A stretch of DNA of 63,887 nucleotides, counting the filler, from Octopus bimaculoides (taxonomy: Eukaryota): NCBI RefSeq assembly GCF_001194135.2. It is 8 parts of 7 records of this genome, joined end to end, with 100 filler letters (N's around TTAATTAATTAA, not from the genome) between each part and the next. Parts side by side here need not be neighbours in the genome. Positions count along the whole stretch, not along the records: positions 1 to 15,643 come from NC_068996.1; positions 15,744 to 30,133 come from NC_068982.1; 6 more parts are not named here. One strand, written 5' to 3'. Both the position numbers and the translations under genes were made by a program. Positions within the stretch are counted from its first letter, which is position 1, and every line of letters starts with the position of its first letter. A model generated the notes under the pieces. The model was given only the letters and a program-made list of their open reading frames with translations, was not told the origin of the DNA and ran no database searches. Below are positions 12,830 through 24,811 of this stretch, in pieces.

Positions 12830-13260
12830 TACTAAATCTCTGAGAGAGACTTAAGCAGTAGTGATACGATAAAGTAGTTTTATACAGTCAACTTAACGTG
12901 ACAGTCCCAATAAGGGAATCATACTGCTGCTATTTAGCCCTAGGAAGCTGGACCGCTTCCTGTCGGCCTTGACACATTTCTTGTGTCCTTATGTTTACGA
13001 CGGAGAGACAAGCACCTCCACCCAGCCTACCCTGCATCCTGGGACATGTTTCTGAGTTTTTGCTCCTCGTCAGCCTGGAGTTGCATGACTTGCTGGCTGA
13101 AGATGTATATATGAATAGATATATCCTCTTACACCATGGCAGTGGCGAACAGGTAAATTTGTATTCTTACCGTATCTGATGATGGCGTATTCTTGCTATG
13201 CTATAATCTAAGAATGCATTGATAATATGCTACCTAAACAGTTATTGTGAATGTTCAGCC
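12830..13260 (-). mobile_element. second HHR-bearing repeat element (PLE pLTR/retrozyme-like)
   Basis: Follows a TA run; same leader motif and HHR orientation as 12050-12309; boundaries approximate. Confidence 0.5.
13032..13087 (-). ncRNA. type I hammerhead ribozyme
   Basis: Minus: UCCAGG-CUGACGA-G GAG caaaaa CUC A-GAAAC au GUC-CCAGGA; intact core, palindrome ACAUGU, helix I has one A.A mismatch and a possible UGCA/UGCA extension. Confidence 0.8.
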
Positions 13261-13705
13261 CCACTTTAGTTCTTTTATGTAGACGCTAGTAGTGGGACCA
13301 ACCCTGTGTTGGATCTACACGCATGCATACATTCATTTATAGGCACGCACACGCACAATACATACATGCATACACACATATCTATATGTATGTATGTATA
13401 TATGCATGTGTGAGTGTATCCGTTTGTGTTTGTGTTTGTGTGTGTGTGTGTGTGTGTGCGTATGTGTGTGTGCGTGTGCGCGTGCGCGTGTGTATGCGTC
13501 TACATATTCCTGTGCACCGATACATTACAAACTCGCTTAGATACTTACATGGAAATTTAATACCAAATTCTATGGATCCAGATATAAAGACAAGTTATTC
13601 TAAGCTTGGAAATTAGTAAAATAGGTGGAAGATAAGGTGAAGGCATCGTGATGCTACAGTAATATATAAGGTCTAGTGATTCGTGTGGAAGTTAAGAAAC
13701 ATTTT

Positions 13706-13737
<32 letters not shown>

Positions 13738-13739
13738 GA

Positions 13740-14162
13740 TCAGTAGTTTTATTTTTATAACGTGCTTTCACTTCACTACCGAGCGCAGCTCTGTGCGCCT
13801 TGGGTATGTGCTGTGGTTTGCTGTGGTGCTCTTATGTTTACTGTATTGAAAGTGTTTTGCGTAGGATGTGTGCAGTACCCAGTAGTGCAATTTTCTGTAT
13901 GTTATATATATTTGTAAGTCCTGGTGTTTTTGTTATGTATTTGTCTGAATATTTTTTTATTATACCTAAGGCACCTACTATGATAGGAATTGTTTCTGTT
14001 TTTAGATTCCACATTCGAGTTATCTCTATTTCCAGGTCTTTGTATTTTGAAAGTTTCTCCATTTCTTTTCGAGAAACGTTGTCATCTGCTGGTATTGATA
14101 CATCAATTAGAAAGCATTTTTTTTCTTCATGATCTTTGACAACTATATCTGGTCTATTTGCC
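13740..14162 (-). mobile_element. Dong/R4-type RLE LINE, 3' fragment
   Basis: ANRPDIVVKD...CFLIDVSIP (PD-D/ExK nuclease), EKLSKYKDLEIEI, QKIALLGTAHILRK; both ends abut (TTA)n arrays. Confidence 0.9.
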
Positions 14163-14289
14163 TTATTATTATTATTATTATTATTATTGTCATCGTCATC
14201 GTCATCGTCATCGTCGTCATCATGATCATGATCATCAACATGATCATCATCATCATCATTGTCGTCGTCATCGTCATCCTCATCGTCAA

Positions 14290-14362
<73 letters not shown>
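14163..14362. repeat. (TTA)n-(CAT/CGT)n-(TTA)n trinucleotide array
   Basis: Direct. Confidence 0.95.
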
Positions 14363-14364
<2 letters not shown>

Positions 14365-15122
14365 AAAGCTCACAACTTATATTGCTGGGTATGATGGAAA
14401 GTGTCAGTTGTCCACAGACAGCAGACTAAGGTGACTCTTGTTTACTGGTCATGCTTCAAGAACACTGCGAAGAATTCTTGCACTTCCAAGCAATGCTCAT
14501 TTTTGTAGGTGTTCTTCCTTCACACTTGAACCAATCTTTTTCAGCTATGCTGGTAGTTGACTGCTGATATGCCAATAACTAGTGGTACCACGTCTACTCT
14601 CCTTATTGACTGCAGCCTTCGTATTCGCCACTTCAAATTGTCATGGTTCTTCTGTTATTCTTCTTTCTCAGTGATCCTGTTGTCACTGGGGCATGCTATG
14701 TCGATTATCATGTATGTTCTTTCTTTTTTGTCACCGCAACAATGTTCAGTTTCCCATGTCTGGTCAGGTGATCGCACTGAATCATTGAATGCCACAGGAT
14801 TTTGTAATTTTAATTCCCGGTGACGCCTCCTGGGGTTTGCTCATACCATGTCTTTGCTCTTTGCAGGCCGTGATTTCCACAGAGTTCCCAATGGATCATT
14901 CTTGCCATATTGTCATGGCGTCTTTTGTATTCGCGTTGTGCCAGTTTGGAGCATTCGCTAACGATATGCCATATCGTTTCACCCCTCTCACTACACATTC
15001 TGCATTTGGCGCTGTCGGTGGCATTGTCGATTCTGCACTTCACATAGCTGGTCCTTAACGCTTCTTCTGTAGCAAAACGCTTCTTCTCTAACTACACATA
15101 TAAGTGCTTCTCTCTCTGTCTT
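14363..15122 (-). mobile_element. Dong/R4-type RLE LINE, 3' fragment
   Basis: KCRMCSERGETIWHIVSEC (CCHC knuckle), YKRRHDNMARMIHWELC, ALLGSARILR; 3' end runs into (TAA)n. Confidence 0.9.
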
Positions 15123-15127
15123 GTTAT

Positions 15128-15335
15128 CTGACGGAATCGTTAGCAAGCCGGGCGAAATACTTAGCGGTATTTCGTCTGCTGCTACGCTCTGAGTTCAAAT
15201 TCTGCCGAGGTGAGTTCTCCTTTCATACTTTCGGGGTTGATTACATAAGTTATGCATTGGGGTCGACGTTGTCGAATTAATCCCCTCCTCCAAGCTGACC
15301 AAGTGGCAAAAATTTGAAATCATTATTATTATTAT
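15128..15335 (+). mobile_element. tRNA-derived SINE (family S2)
   Basis: aatcgttagca..ccgggcgaaat..cttagcggtatttcg...gagttcaaattc (B box), (ATT)n tail; homologous to 35523, 40840, 53058 and 58818. Confidence 0.85.
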
Positions 15336-15405
15336 TATTAAAGCTGTTGTTGTTTTTGTTGTTGCTGCTGTTGTTGCTATTGTTGTTATTGTTGCTATTG
15401 TTGTT

Positions 15406-15438
<33 letters not shown>

Positions 15439-15564
15439 GCTGTTGTTGTTGCTGTTGTTGTTGTTGTGAATGTGGCTGTCATAAAGTATTTTGTTTATCC
15501 CCTGAAGATATTTGTAGTTCTGAGACATTATTTGGGATATACTTAGGGTGAGGCATCGCAAAGA

Positions 15565-15643
<79 letters not shown>

Positions 15644-15743
15644 NNNNNNNNNNNNNNNNNNNNNNNNNNNNNNNNNNNNNNNNNNNNTTAATTAATTAAN
15701 NNNNNNNNNNNNNNNNNNNNNNNNNNNNNNNNNNNNNNNNNNN

Positions 15744-15837
15744 CAGCAGCTGTGATGGGACCCTCACAACACTCTGCCTCTCCCGCCGAGAGCCGCGGCA
15801 GGCCGGTCAGGTAGGCAGTGAAGTCCATCCTGGATGA

Positions 15838-15895
<58 letters not shown>

Positions 15896-15900
15896 TGATT

Positions 15901-15953
<53 letters not shown>

Positions 15954-16975
15954 GGCCGGTTTATGGGATTACCCTGGGTTTCATGTCCATAAAGCGCTTA
16001 GCTTTACAGTGTATGGTCAGATCCCAGACCTGTTGGCTTATGGACTCTAGCTAGTATCTTCTCTAGAAAATAAAGGAGGAAAAGGTTTCGTTACTCTGTC
16101 AATAGCAGGGGATTGTCTCCCATTGTCTGTCAATCGTAAATGACCAAGTTATCGTGTGGGTCCCAGTGGGCCAGCAGGAATTTCCTGAAGTGCAAGTATG
16201 GCCCGAATACTTCTGTTTTAGATGTTCCCCGAGTCCTTTAGTATCCTGGCCCGATCAGCTATGCTCAGTTTACCATGCTTGGTGCCATTTATGTAGAGAC
16301 CTAGATTTTCTAGGATTCTCCATGATATAATGTGTGGAATTTCGTCGTCCTTCAGCTGCCATACATAACTGATTAATGACGTAACGTATCTCCTTTCCGG
16401 TATTCTGAAGGAGGATCTGTGGTTGGAGAGGCGTTGCTTGAATGTGTTACCGGAGTATCCGATGTATCTCCGTATTCTGGTGTTGGTAATGTTGTATCTC
16501 CCGGTGTTGACGCTGCTGCTACTACTGTTGTTGATTCTAGTGCTGTTGGTGTTGGCATCGCTGGAGGTGACGTTGGTGTTGGTGCCGCTATTACCGGTGT
16601 TGGCTATGGTGCTGTTGTTGTTATGGTCGTCGTCGTTGGTGGTGGTGCTGTCACTGTTGTATATTTCTCATTGGGGTTGGTTCTGCTGCTACTTCTGTTG
16701 GGGATACTGTCACTGCTGTCGTTGATGTTGTTATTGTTGTTATCGCTAGCGATGATGCTGACGCTAATTCTGTTCGTGTTTCAGCTGCTGCTACTATTGT
16801 TACTGCCGTCTCTGCTACTGTAGTAGCCGTTAGGGAAGCTGCTGATGCTGCTGCTGCTATTAGGGTCGGCCAGTACCTCAGCTTCATACATGACTCCCTT
16901 GGTTTCGGAATTGCCTCCCACTGGGCATCTGTTGTACTCCCTGCATGAGCATCCCGCCTTCACTCGTGGCCTAGG
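15744..16975 (-). mobile_element. Penelope-like element 3' part: GIY-YIG endonuclease relic plus pLTR with HHR
   Basis: GCSCREYNRCPVGG..KGVMYEAEV, then RYIGYSGNTFKQRLSNHRSSF..TSLISYVWQLKDDEIPHIISWRIL, characteristic of PLE endonucleases; frameshift and stops present. Confidence 0.8.
15964..16026 (-). ncRNA. type I hammerhead ribozyme (G8C variant) in PLE 3' region
   Basis: Minus: UGGGAU-CUGACCA-...GUAAAGC uaagc GCUUUAU...-GAAAC ccagg GUA-AUCCCA; 6-bp helix I. Confidence 0.7.
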
Positions 16976-17454
16976 CAAATTGTAGCATGTATGTATGTAT
17001 GTATGTATGTATGTATGTATGCACAGCAACGCTACCTGACTAATTAGCATGGAGTTGCTTTCGAACTCGAGTTGTGTCTCCTTTTGGCCTTTTCTACCGG
17101 TTTGTAACGTTCTATGCATCCCCGACCTCGTTCCACTCCAACTCACCGACTCGGACTTATTTGTCTCTCTTTTCAACCATATTCGGTCAACCCAATTTAT
17201 ACAAGAAGCCACACTAATCACTTTGCTCAGTCTTTTCTCCCCACAAAACGACACACTGGACATCAACGATATGAACCGTTAGCCGCCTCTGCATAAATGT
17301 GTGTGTATGTTTATGTGTGTGGAGGGTGATTTTTACGCTCCATCCGTAGTACTGATAACTTGTGTAATACTAATCAACTATTTTATTATCGATTTTGCTC
17401 CGAAACTTTGCATTAACTGCACTTCATATTTTCATACATACATAAACACACACA

Positions 17455-17540
<86 letters not shown>

Positions 17541-18729
17541 AAGCATACACACACTAAACACGCACAAACATGTGCATACAGACACACACTCGTTCTCTCT
17601 TTCCCTCTGTCTTTCTCTGTTTCCCTCTCTCTCTTCCTCTCTCTCCCTCTCTCACCTTAGTTCTTCAAACATTCTTCAAACATTTTCTCTTTTCTCAATT
17701 TACTGATCTGCTCCTTGTTCTATGCTCTTTTTCTGAATCTCTTCGTATATGAAATGTATATAAATACACACATACATACATACATACATACATACATACA
17801 TACATACATACATACATACATACATACATACATACATACTTAAACATTTCTTCTGAATCCACTGTCTTTTTGCTCTACATCGTCTGCAGAACGTGTCAGG
17901 CCTATCAATGTTAGCAAGCTGCCATGTACACAAAAATGCCTATAGTGATGTTCTTAGATTGATTTACATTGAATAAATATCATTCAGATTAAAAATAAGA
18001 AATTTAAAAAAAGAGAGAGATAACTTCTAAATGGACAGTTCTGATATTTCTTTGACACAATTTTGCTTACTTCTGCAGGTAAACATGACGGATAAAGCGT
18101 GTTCTTTTATAAACACGAGTGTGTATGCTTGTGGACATAACGAATTATGAGAGTTCTGTCAACATACTTTTAGCTTCCTCTTGTATTCATTCATTCATAA
18201 AACACAGCCAATCGACTGTATAAACCAAACGATTTCTCAAGAAATTGCATTAGAACATATATAAAGAACGTTATATATTTTATTCCGGAGATGGGGAATG
18301 AAATATTTAATGTCCCGGCATTAATACGTTCTTTTCAATTCAATATGTCCCTTCACCATTATCTTAACTATATAATTACTTAAATTTATTAGATTCCATT
18401 TGAATTGTCAATATTTGTACAGGTTTCAGATAGGATTCGAGGGAGATATAAATCCAGTTTTCTAAATTCATACATGTAATTTTTCTGATAAATTAACCAA
18501 TCATTATAACCAGTTCGCAACTCAAACCTTGTAATCTATTCCAAAAGAAAGCGTAATAAGTAATTTTCGCGCCATATTGAAAGATGCAGATTCTTTGTTG
18601 AGTAAATATATGTTTAAGCATATATTATGCTTTAGCATAATAATTTAGTCATTGGATTATCTAAGATTTCATCTTTATATACTGCATTGATGGTATGTAT
18701 GGCGCTTAAGCGAGTCATAGTATACAGGG

Positions 18730-18960
18730 TTTGGTGTTGCAGACAGAGCGTTTAGTGTCTTTCGCAACAGCGCCCCACAAATAGTAATCTATAGGATTAC
18801 AATCGGGCTGAATTGGGAGGCCAGAAGTCAGAGCTGGTGAAGTCGTAGAAATTCTCCGACAACCACTTCTGACACTTTCCCTAGGAGTGACAAGGAATCA
18901 GCTACCGCTGCCATACATATGGCCTTCCAACAGCAACCTTCTCTAGTCAGACATTGACCA
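18730..18960 (-). mobile_element. Tc1/mariner transposase fragment
   Basis: GRPYVWQ...KWLSENFYDFTSSDFWPPNS; homologous to 28130-28300. Confidence 0.75.
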
Positions 18961-20760
18961 GTGTTCAAGAACTTCACAGAGCCGTCTAAATCAAGCCTAA
19001 AGCCAAGTTCAAATATGCAGGGGTGATGAATTCTTCTGGGCCACGCAAGTCGTGTGATACGTCAACATTGAGCTCGTGTTCGGGAGTTGTTCCTAGGCTC
19101 CTTCCAAATTAGCCAAGAGGACGCCGCCAGTTTGGTTAAGGTAATTTTAAATGAGTTAGATAACGATGGCTTAGCGTTGACTGACTGCAAGTTGTGGTGC
19201 TACGACAGAGCTGCGGTTATGGCCGGGAATATAAGCGGTGTTCAACACAGAATTGAATAGTCAAGTTTTGTTTGTGAATTGTGACATTCATTCCCTGAAT
19301 CTTGTTCGTTTGAATGCAGAATGCAGCAAAAAAGTGATATAGCTGTCATTTCGTTTCGTTTCGTTTTTCTTTTTATGTTACTGATTCGATCAGTGCCTCC
19401 TTTTCTCGATCCACACGGCGTTGGAAAAAACTGAAGCAGTCTATTCCCCGTGTTCTCAAGTCTCCATCGGACACAAGGTGGAGTGCAAGAACAGATGCGG
19501 TAAAGACTGTTGCGGACTTCCTCAGTGAACTTCTCCATCTTCTCAAACATTTGACGGATAATGATGATGAGAGAGCCAATACGCGCTGTGGTGACGCCAA
19601 TCTTCTTAACCGAATGTTAACGTTTGATATTTTTGGCATTGATTGAATTTTGAAACTGGGTTCTCGCTGGCATCTATCACGTTCAGCAGTGGTTGAAAGA
19701 TCCTGAAATGAATTTGCGAGATGCTGCAGATGATCTCAAAGCCCTTCAACAGCAGCATCTAAAAGACGGACGTACTATTATCCACCAATCACTAGAAGAC
19801 GACATTGATCTTTGTCAAAAGTGGAACGTAGAAATCAAAAAGCGTCGAGGGAGACAAAAAAGACCACCTATTGATGATACGAAGATGAAAAGTCAGCATC
19901 AACCAATGGGATGGACACCATTATGAATGCTGTTCTTCATCGCCTTCAATCAGAAATGGACGAAAGATTCGTCCGTCTTAACGATAGCGGGTTCCTCCTC
20001 GATATCCACTCTCTTTGCTATCCAACACATCCTGACAAAGTTGGTCTTCGATTAAAATGTGATCTATTAGCTTCTCATTACTGTGGCGACATTGATTGCA
20101 AACAACTTTTTGAGGAAATAATTTATTGCCGGGCGTTGCTCTCTACTCGAACAAAATCTGCGATAACGAGACCAGAAAAAACTTCTGGAATTCATAGTTC
20201 GATATGAAGATAACGTTTTTCCGAATTTGTGCATTGGCCTCCAGATACTACTCACAATAGCTGTATCAATTGCAAGCTACGAACGATTTTTCAAGTTGAA
20301 GTTAATCCTATTTTATTTGAGGACATCAATGTCGCAGGACTGCATGCATGACCTTGCTCTTCTGAGCATTGAGTGTGAAGAGACAAACGAAACTGATTTT
20401 AAAGATATAATCGATCAATTCACCTCATCAAAAGCAACAAAGATACGACGTTAAACAATTGTATTTTGTTTTTATTACATCTCATATCACATATTAGGTT
20501 TTTTAATGTTTCAATGGAGGAAGCTGGTGCATTAAACGGTTAAAATAAGGAAGTTTCGTAAAAGTAAGCATTCAAAAAATATATTTTGAATTACAAGCTG
20601 TACCGAACCCTGGTAATGTATCTATTCCTAGAATATTGTTTTAAACCATTAATTACTTGTAACAAATAAGTACTATATAATATCATGGATTTTGTAATTG
20701 AGTGGGGGAGGGTGCATTTTTGCGGCTTGCTCCGGGCGCATAAACCTGAAAGCATATGTC
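18960..20760 (+). mobile_element. hAT transposon (ZMYM1-like transposase), disrupted
   Basis: YDRAAVMAGNISGVQHRI, DTRWSARTDAVK, and C-terminal dimerisation domain LQILLTIAVSIASYER..LKLILFYLRTSMSQD..DLALLSIE..DFKDIIDQF; ends approximate. Confidence 0.85.
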
Positions 20761-21864
20761 TAGACATAAGTCGAATTAAAAATGTATTGAATGAGAAAAT
20801 TTAGTCTTACTGTGTTGGTGGGAAGAGAATTTTCCAGAAATGAAATCAGCTATTCAGAGAGAATACAAGGTATTCTAAAATTCTTTTGACGAAAGTCATG
20901 AACAACTAAGGTTTACTTCTGCAGGTGCTGCTAATTTCCCTTATCTTCATAATTGTTTTAACCCTTCTAGTGAAACTTTTAGATACACGTACTTGCTTGT
21001 TTCTCTGAATACAAAACTTACGACTTTTAATCAAAAGTGGGATCTCTCCTTACATTGTTAATAAGCGGTCTGAAGTTTTTAAAAATATCCTCAAAATTCC
21101 CACTATGTGGTGTGCACTCGGAGACCAGTGCAGCTAAACATAACTATTATTACCTATTTTCTCATACAATTCTTTGCCTCTTTTATATTTCGGCTATAAT
21201 AGCAAAATTCAACACAATCTATACACTGAGAGGGTGTAGAAATGCGGTATCTATTCTCACAATCACCCTTTTCATTGAAACTGTAATCATTTTTTCTAAT
21301 GTTTTGTCGCCGAGTAAGCCACTGCCATCGTTATTTCTGTTGTTGCAGTCTTTCTTCCTATGTTAATATAAATGATTTTCTTGTTTGTGATTGCTATTCA
21401 TATTATTGATTCCGTCATTGTTATTGTCAATGCTAGAATTATTCTTTCTATTGGGAAAATTATTCTCAATATTCAAAACATTACATTTACCTCCCACCCC
21501 ACCCAACTCCTTTGCAAGAGATCGTTGTCTAGCATTCTTATGAAGAATAATCACCTACCGTCACTATTGTAACCTTGTTGAAATGAATTTCTACAGTGAA
21601 GAGAGAACGTAATAACAATACATAATTATTAATATTTCTTCTCCTAAACAAACGATAAATAACAATTAAACTCTTTTCCTCTTCCTTGGTACCTCTCAAT
21701 AAAATAAACACGGAGTTAAAGGAAACAAATAATTATAACAAGTCCAACAGACTCAGCTTCCAGATACAGGTAACAACAGCAACATTAAGGACAACAACAT
21801 AGACAGGAACAAAATCTCCAACAGAACAACAAAGGCAACAATAATAATATTTACAAATTTTGGC

Positions 21865-21975
21865 ACAAGAACAGCAATTTTAGGGGGAGCAGTCGATTAC
21901 ATCTCACCCAGTACTCGACGACTGGTACTTATTTTTAATCTAACTCGTTAGAATAAAAGGCAGAGTCGACATCAC
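21865..21975 (-). mobile_element. SINE S2 3' fragment
   Basis: Reverse complement gtcgactctgcctttt...aagtaccag...gatgtaatcgac matches the S2 core. Confidence 0.6.
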
Positions 21976-22294
21976 TTTTTACATGACTTGTAAATTTATC
22001 CTGAATTTCTTGGAAAGTTAACGGTAAATGAAAATTTTCAATTCAGTGGTAATTTTGTCTATATTCTTATAGATGAATTAGAAACGAGATGGTTTTTGCT
22101 CCGAATTTAATATTGTAAAATAGAATTTAATTACAAGATGAAATTTTCGATTCCTTGAAATACACTTAAAATGGATTTTTTAATGGAATCTCAAGGGGAA
22201 AAAAAAGATTTTTAAGATTTTATAAGATGAGAATTTGTCGTCACCTTTGTTAACATAGTGCATGGATTCACTGAGGGTACTTATTGAAGTTAAA

Positions 22295-22430
22295 GCGCAT
22301 AGTGATAGAATCATTAAAGCATTATGTAAAATGTCATACTCTATTTGTTCTGACTCTCCGTGTTCCGAGTTCAAATCCGGCCATGCTCAACTTTGCTTTT
22401 CATTCTTTCAGGGTCGATAAAAAAGTAGCA
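22295..22430 (+). mobile_element. SINE S2 decayed fragment
   Basis: gagttcaaatcc...caactttgcttttcattctttcagggtcgataa. Confidence 0.6.
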
Positions 22431-23476
22431 ATACAAGATGACGGATTGGTGGGACTGCTAGGGAATCGAGCAAAATGTCTAGTGGTACCTGTTCTGGCTC
22501 TTTGCTTTCTGACAGTAGCTCCAGTGGCGACAATAGGGTCAAATTGTGTCAGACCAAGTCGATGGTCTTTCCCTGCCAGACAGAATACAGCATGGCCTTC
22601 TATTTCACTATGACATTGATCGTCATTATCTTGATATGATGATGCTATTCATAACGATGATGAATAATCATGAGGGTAATGATGGTGATAATTATATATG
22701 ATCATGAGAATGATGATTGTAATGATGATGGGGGAAGACCAGAATGGTGATAGATGATCAGAAATGGTAATGCAAAGGAGAGAGGACGGAGTTTATAATT
22801 GCTGAAACTGATTTTATCAATACAAATGAATAAAAGAAGTGCTTTAGGTTATGTATAAATCAATAACATCGTTTATTTTATCTTGCAAAACGCTGTGCCA
22901 TCAATGCCATTATAAACAACGATTTAATTAGTCATAGATTGAATTAGCGAAGAGAATATAAACTTTTCATCTAATATACATTTTCCATCTAATATTCTTT
23001 GTTTCAGCCAACATAACAAAATGTATAATGTATCCAATTCGTATCATTTTCTTTATATCCAAAATTCTATTTATTTGTGCCCACCTTTGAATACTTCAAG
23101 TATAAAGGAATTCGGTGTTTGTTACCTCTTTTGTTTTTAGTTTGATAAATACATTAAATGAGCAATGAGAATGAGATACGCCTTTGAAAACATACACAAA
23201 AGTGTTTAGGTTAACAAATGCTGAGAATGAGCATGAGGTCTTAGAATGACCTTACAGCATTTGCAAATCTGTTTAGCCTTTTTAAGTGATACGTCAATGT
23301 TTTCACACAAGTGGTTATTTACAGTCCAGCTGTATCAGTCACAAGTGCTATCCAAACCGCCATTGCTTTTAATTCGGCATCCAAACCGGAGTTAGTTCTT
23401 ATTTTTTCAACTCGCTTCTGCGCAACATAGTAGTTATTTGGTATTGCTATGTACGCTAATCTCATTTCTGTTTTAG

Positions 23477-23547
23477 AGGAGGGAAAAGCTATATTTGTCA
23501 TGTGTTATCAATTGAGTGATAAAATCGTTACAGCGTCGAAAAACAAG
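23477..23547 (+). CDS. candidate exon (EGKAIFVMCYQLSDKIVTASKNK)
   Basis: ctaat branch point, ctcatttctgttttag acceptor, AAG|gtacta donor; only phase 1 is open. Confidence 0.35.
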
Positions 23548-24451
23548 GTACTATGTGACGTTTGTTCCGACTCTTTACTATCTAAATTGAAATTCCATCC
23601 AAGTCACCTTTGCTTTCATCCTTTGGTGGATAATAAAATAAAATACCAGTCAATACTGGACTTAATGGTATCAGCCAAACCCTGCCAGCATAATTACTGG
23701 TCTTCTGCCTTTATTAGAACCAATTATGTATTATCAACCAGGGACGGTTGATATAGCACAGGGCTGACATACATAATGTAATTATCAAACAAATTGCTTC
23801 ATAAATTTAAATAATGGCCACTGATAAAAGGAAAATTTAATAGCGTTTACAATACTTAATCTAGAAGAAACCGGTGCTTTTTTGGATTGGTTTTGATTTT
23901 CACTTGAACCGTTTCCCTCTTATCCATATCTTCGTATGTTTTTACCCAGACTCAAATAGTATATAGCTCACACTATGATTGCAAACGAAACTGATCTGCC
24001 AAAAGAAGTTTGTATTTTTCGTTTCACTTAAATAATTAACAAATAAATTATTTTTTTTCTGTTTGTATTTAATGTATATGATTTGTTTTATAACTTAATA
24101 GAATTCTTCATGAAAAAGAATTGCTTTATATCTCATGGCTTTCCTTAGACCGGCGAACTAAATAGTATGGCTGACAATAACAATTTTAACTACTATAACG
24201 ACAACAGCAGCAAGTTGAATAACACCAATAAAAATGGCACCAACTATAACAATAATAGCTACAGCAATCTAGCAAAACTATTTTATCAGAAATGTATAAC
24301 AATAACGAGAATTTGGCCCGATATTTTTTTTATGTTCATTAAAAGGGAGACGTTGAAATAATGTTGGTAAAGGGAGCTATAGTTAAACAATTTTTGAGAA
24401 GTACTAGCTTACATGCCTGAAAACCTTAAATTTGCTTGCTTCTTATTGTAG

Positions 24452-24583
24452 GCTGTAATCCTGGATTTGCTTTTAACTGTAATCGACGCTCAATGTTACG
24501 ATTCATTAGAAAACATTTTCTCTTATTGTTTTTAATGCCACCATATGAATATACTGCATATGGGCAGACGAAAACTGTATGCG
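24452..24583 (+). CDS. candidate exon (CNPGFAFNCNRRSMLRFIRKHFLLLFLMPPYEYTAYGQTKTVC)
   Basis: ttgcttcttattgtag acceptor, GCG|gtaagg donor, 132 nt, only phase 1 is open. Confidence 0.4.
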
Positions 24584-24725
24584 GTAAGGAAATAACACTT
24601 ACTTGCCTCGGGACAAATAAGTAAACATTTTGTTACATAAATGTAATGAAACAATTCTCCTGCAACCTATAGTAGTAACTTCTTACACACTATACACACA
24701 CATTCATACATACATACATACATAA

Positions 24726-24782
<57 letters not shown>

Positions 24783-24811
24783 GGGCACTCAAAACATTTA
24801 TTGGGAATTAC

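Noticed and set aside
13163-13217. Plus-strand CTGATGA plus 7-bp hairpin, and a similar TTGATGA-GAGA..TCTT at 12256-12285
   Set aside because: No GAAA, and helix I does not abut the core; cannot support an HHR without a family consensus.
14129-14394. Poly-I/Y/H, CVCV, YIYI, LSIY-type ORFs throughout
   Set aside because: Translations of simple repeats.
15128-15220. tRNA-like A/B boxes
   Set aside because: SINE heads without a full cloverleaf; no genuine tRNA gene called.
15688-15699. TTAATTAATTAA islands (also 30178, 42442, 46802, 51849, 56651, 62429)
   Set aside because: Identical 12-mer centred in ~44 N on each side, with stops in all six frames; a scaffolding linker, not biology.
18067-20926. 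Shared 14-mer TTACTTCTGCAGGT at 18067 and 20913
   Set aside because: Explained by ordinary 3' splice-site-like sequence or chance; downstream frames are uninformative.
24167-24361. Asn-rich 64-aa ORF
   Set aside because: Decayed (AAC/AAT)n microsatellite.
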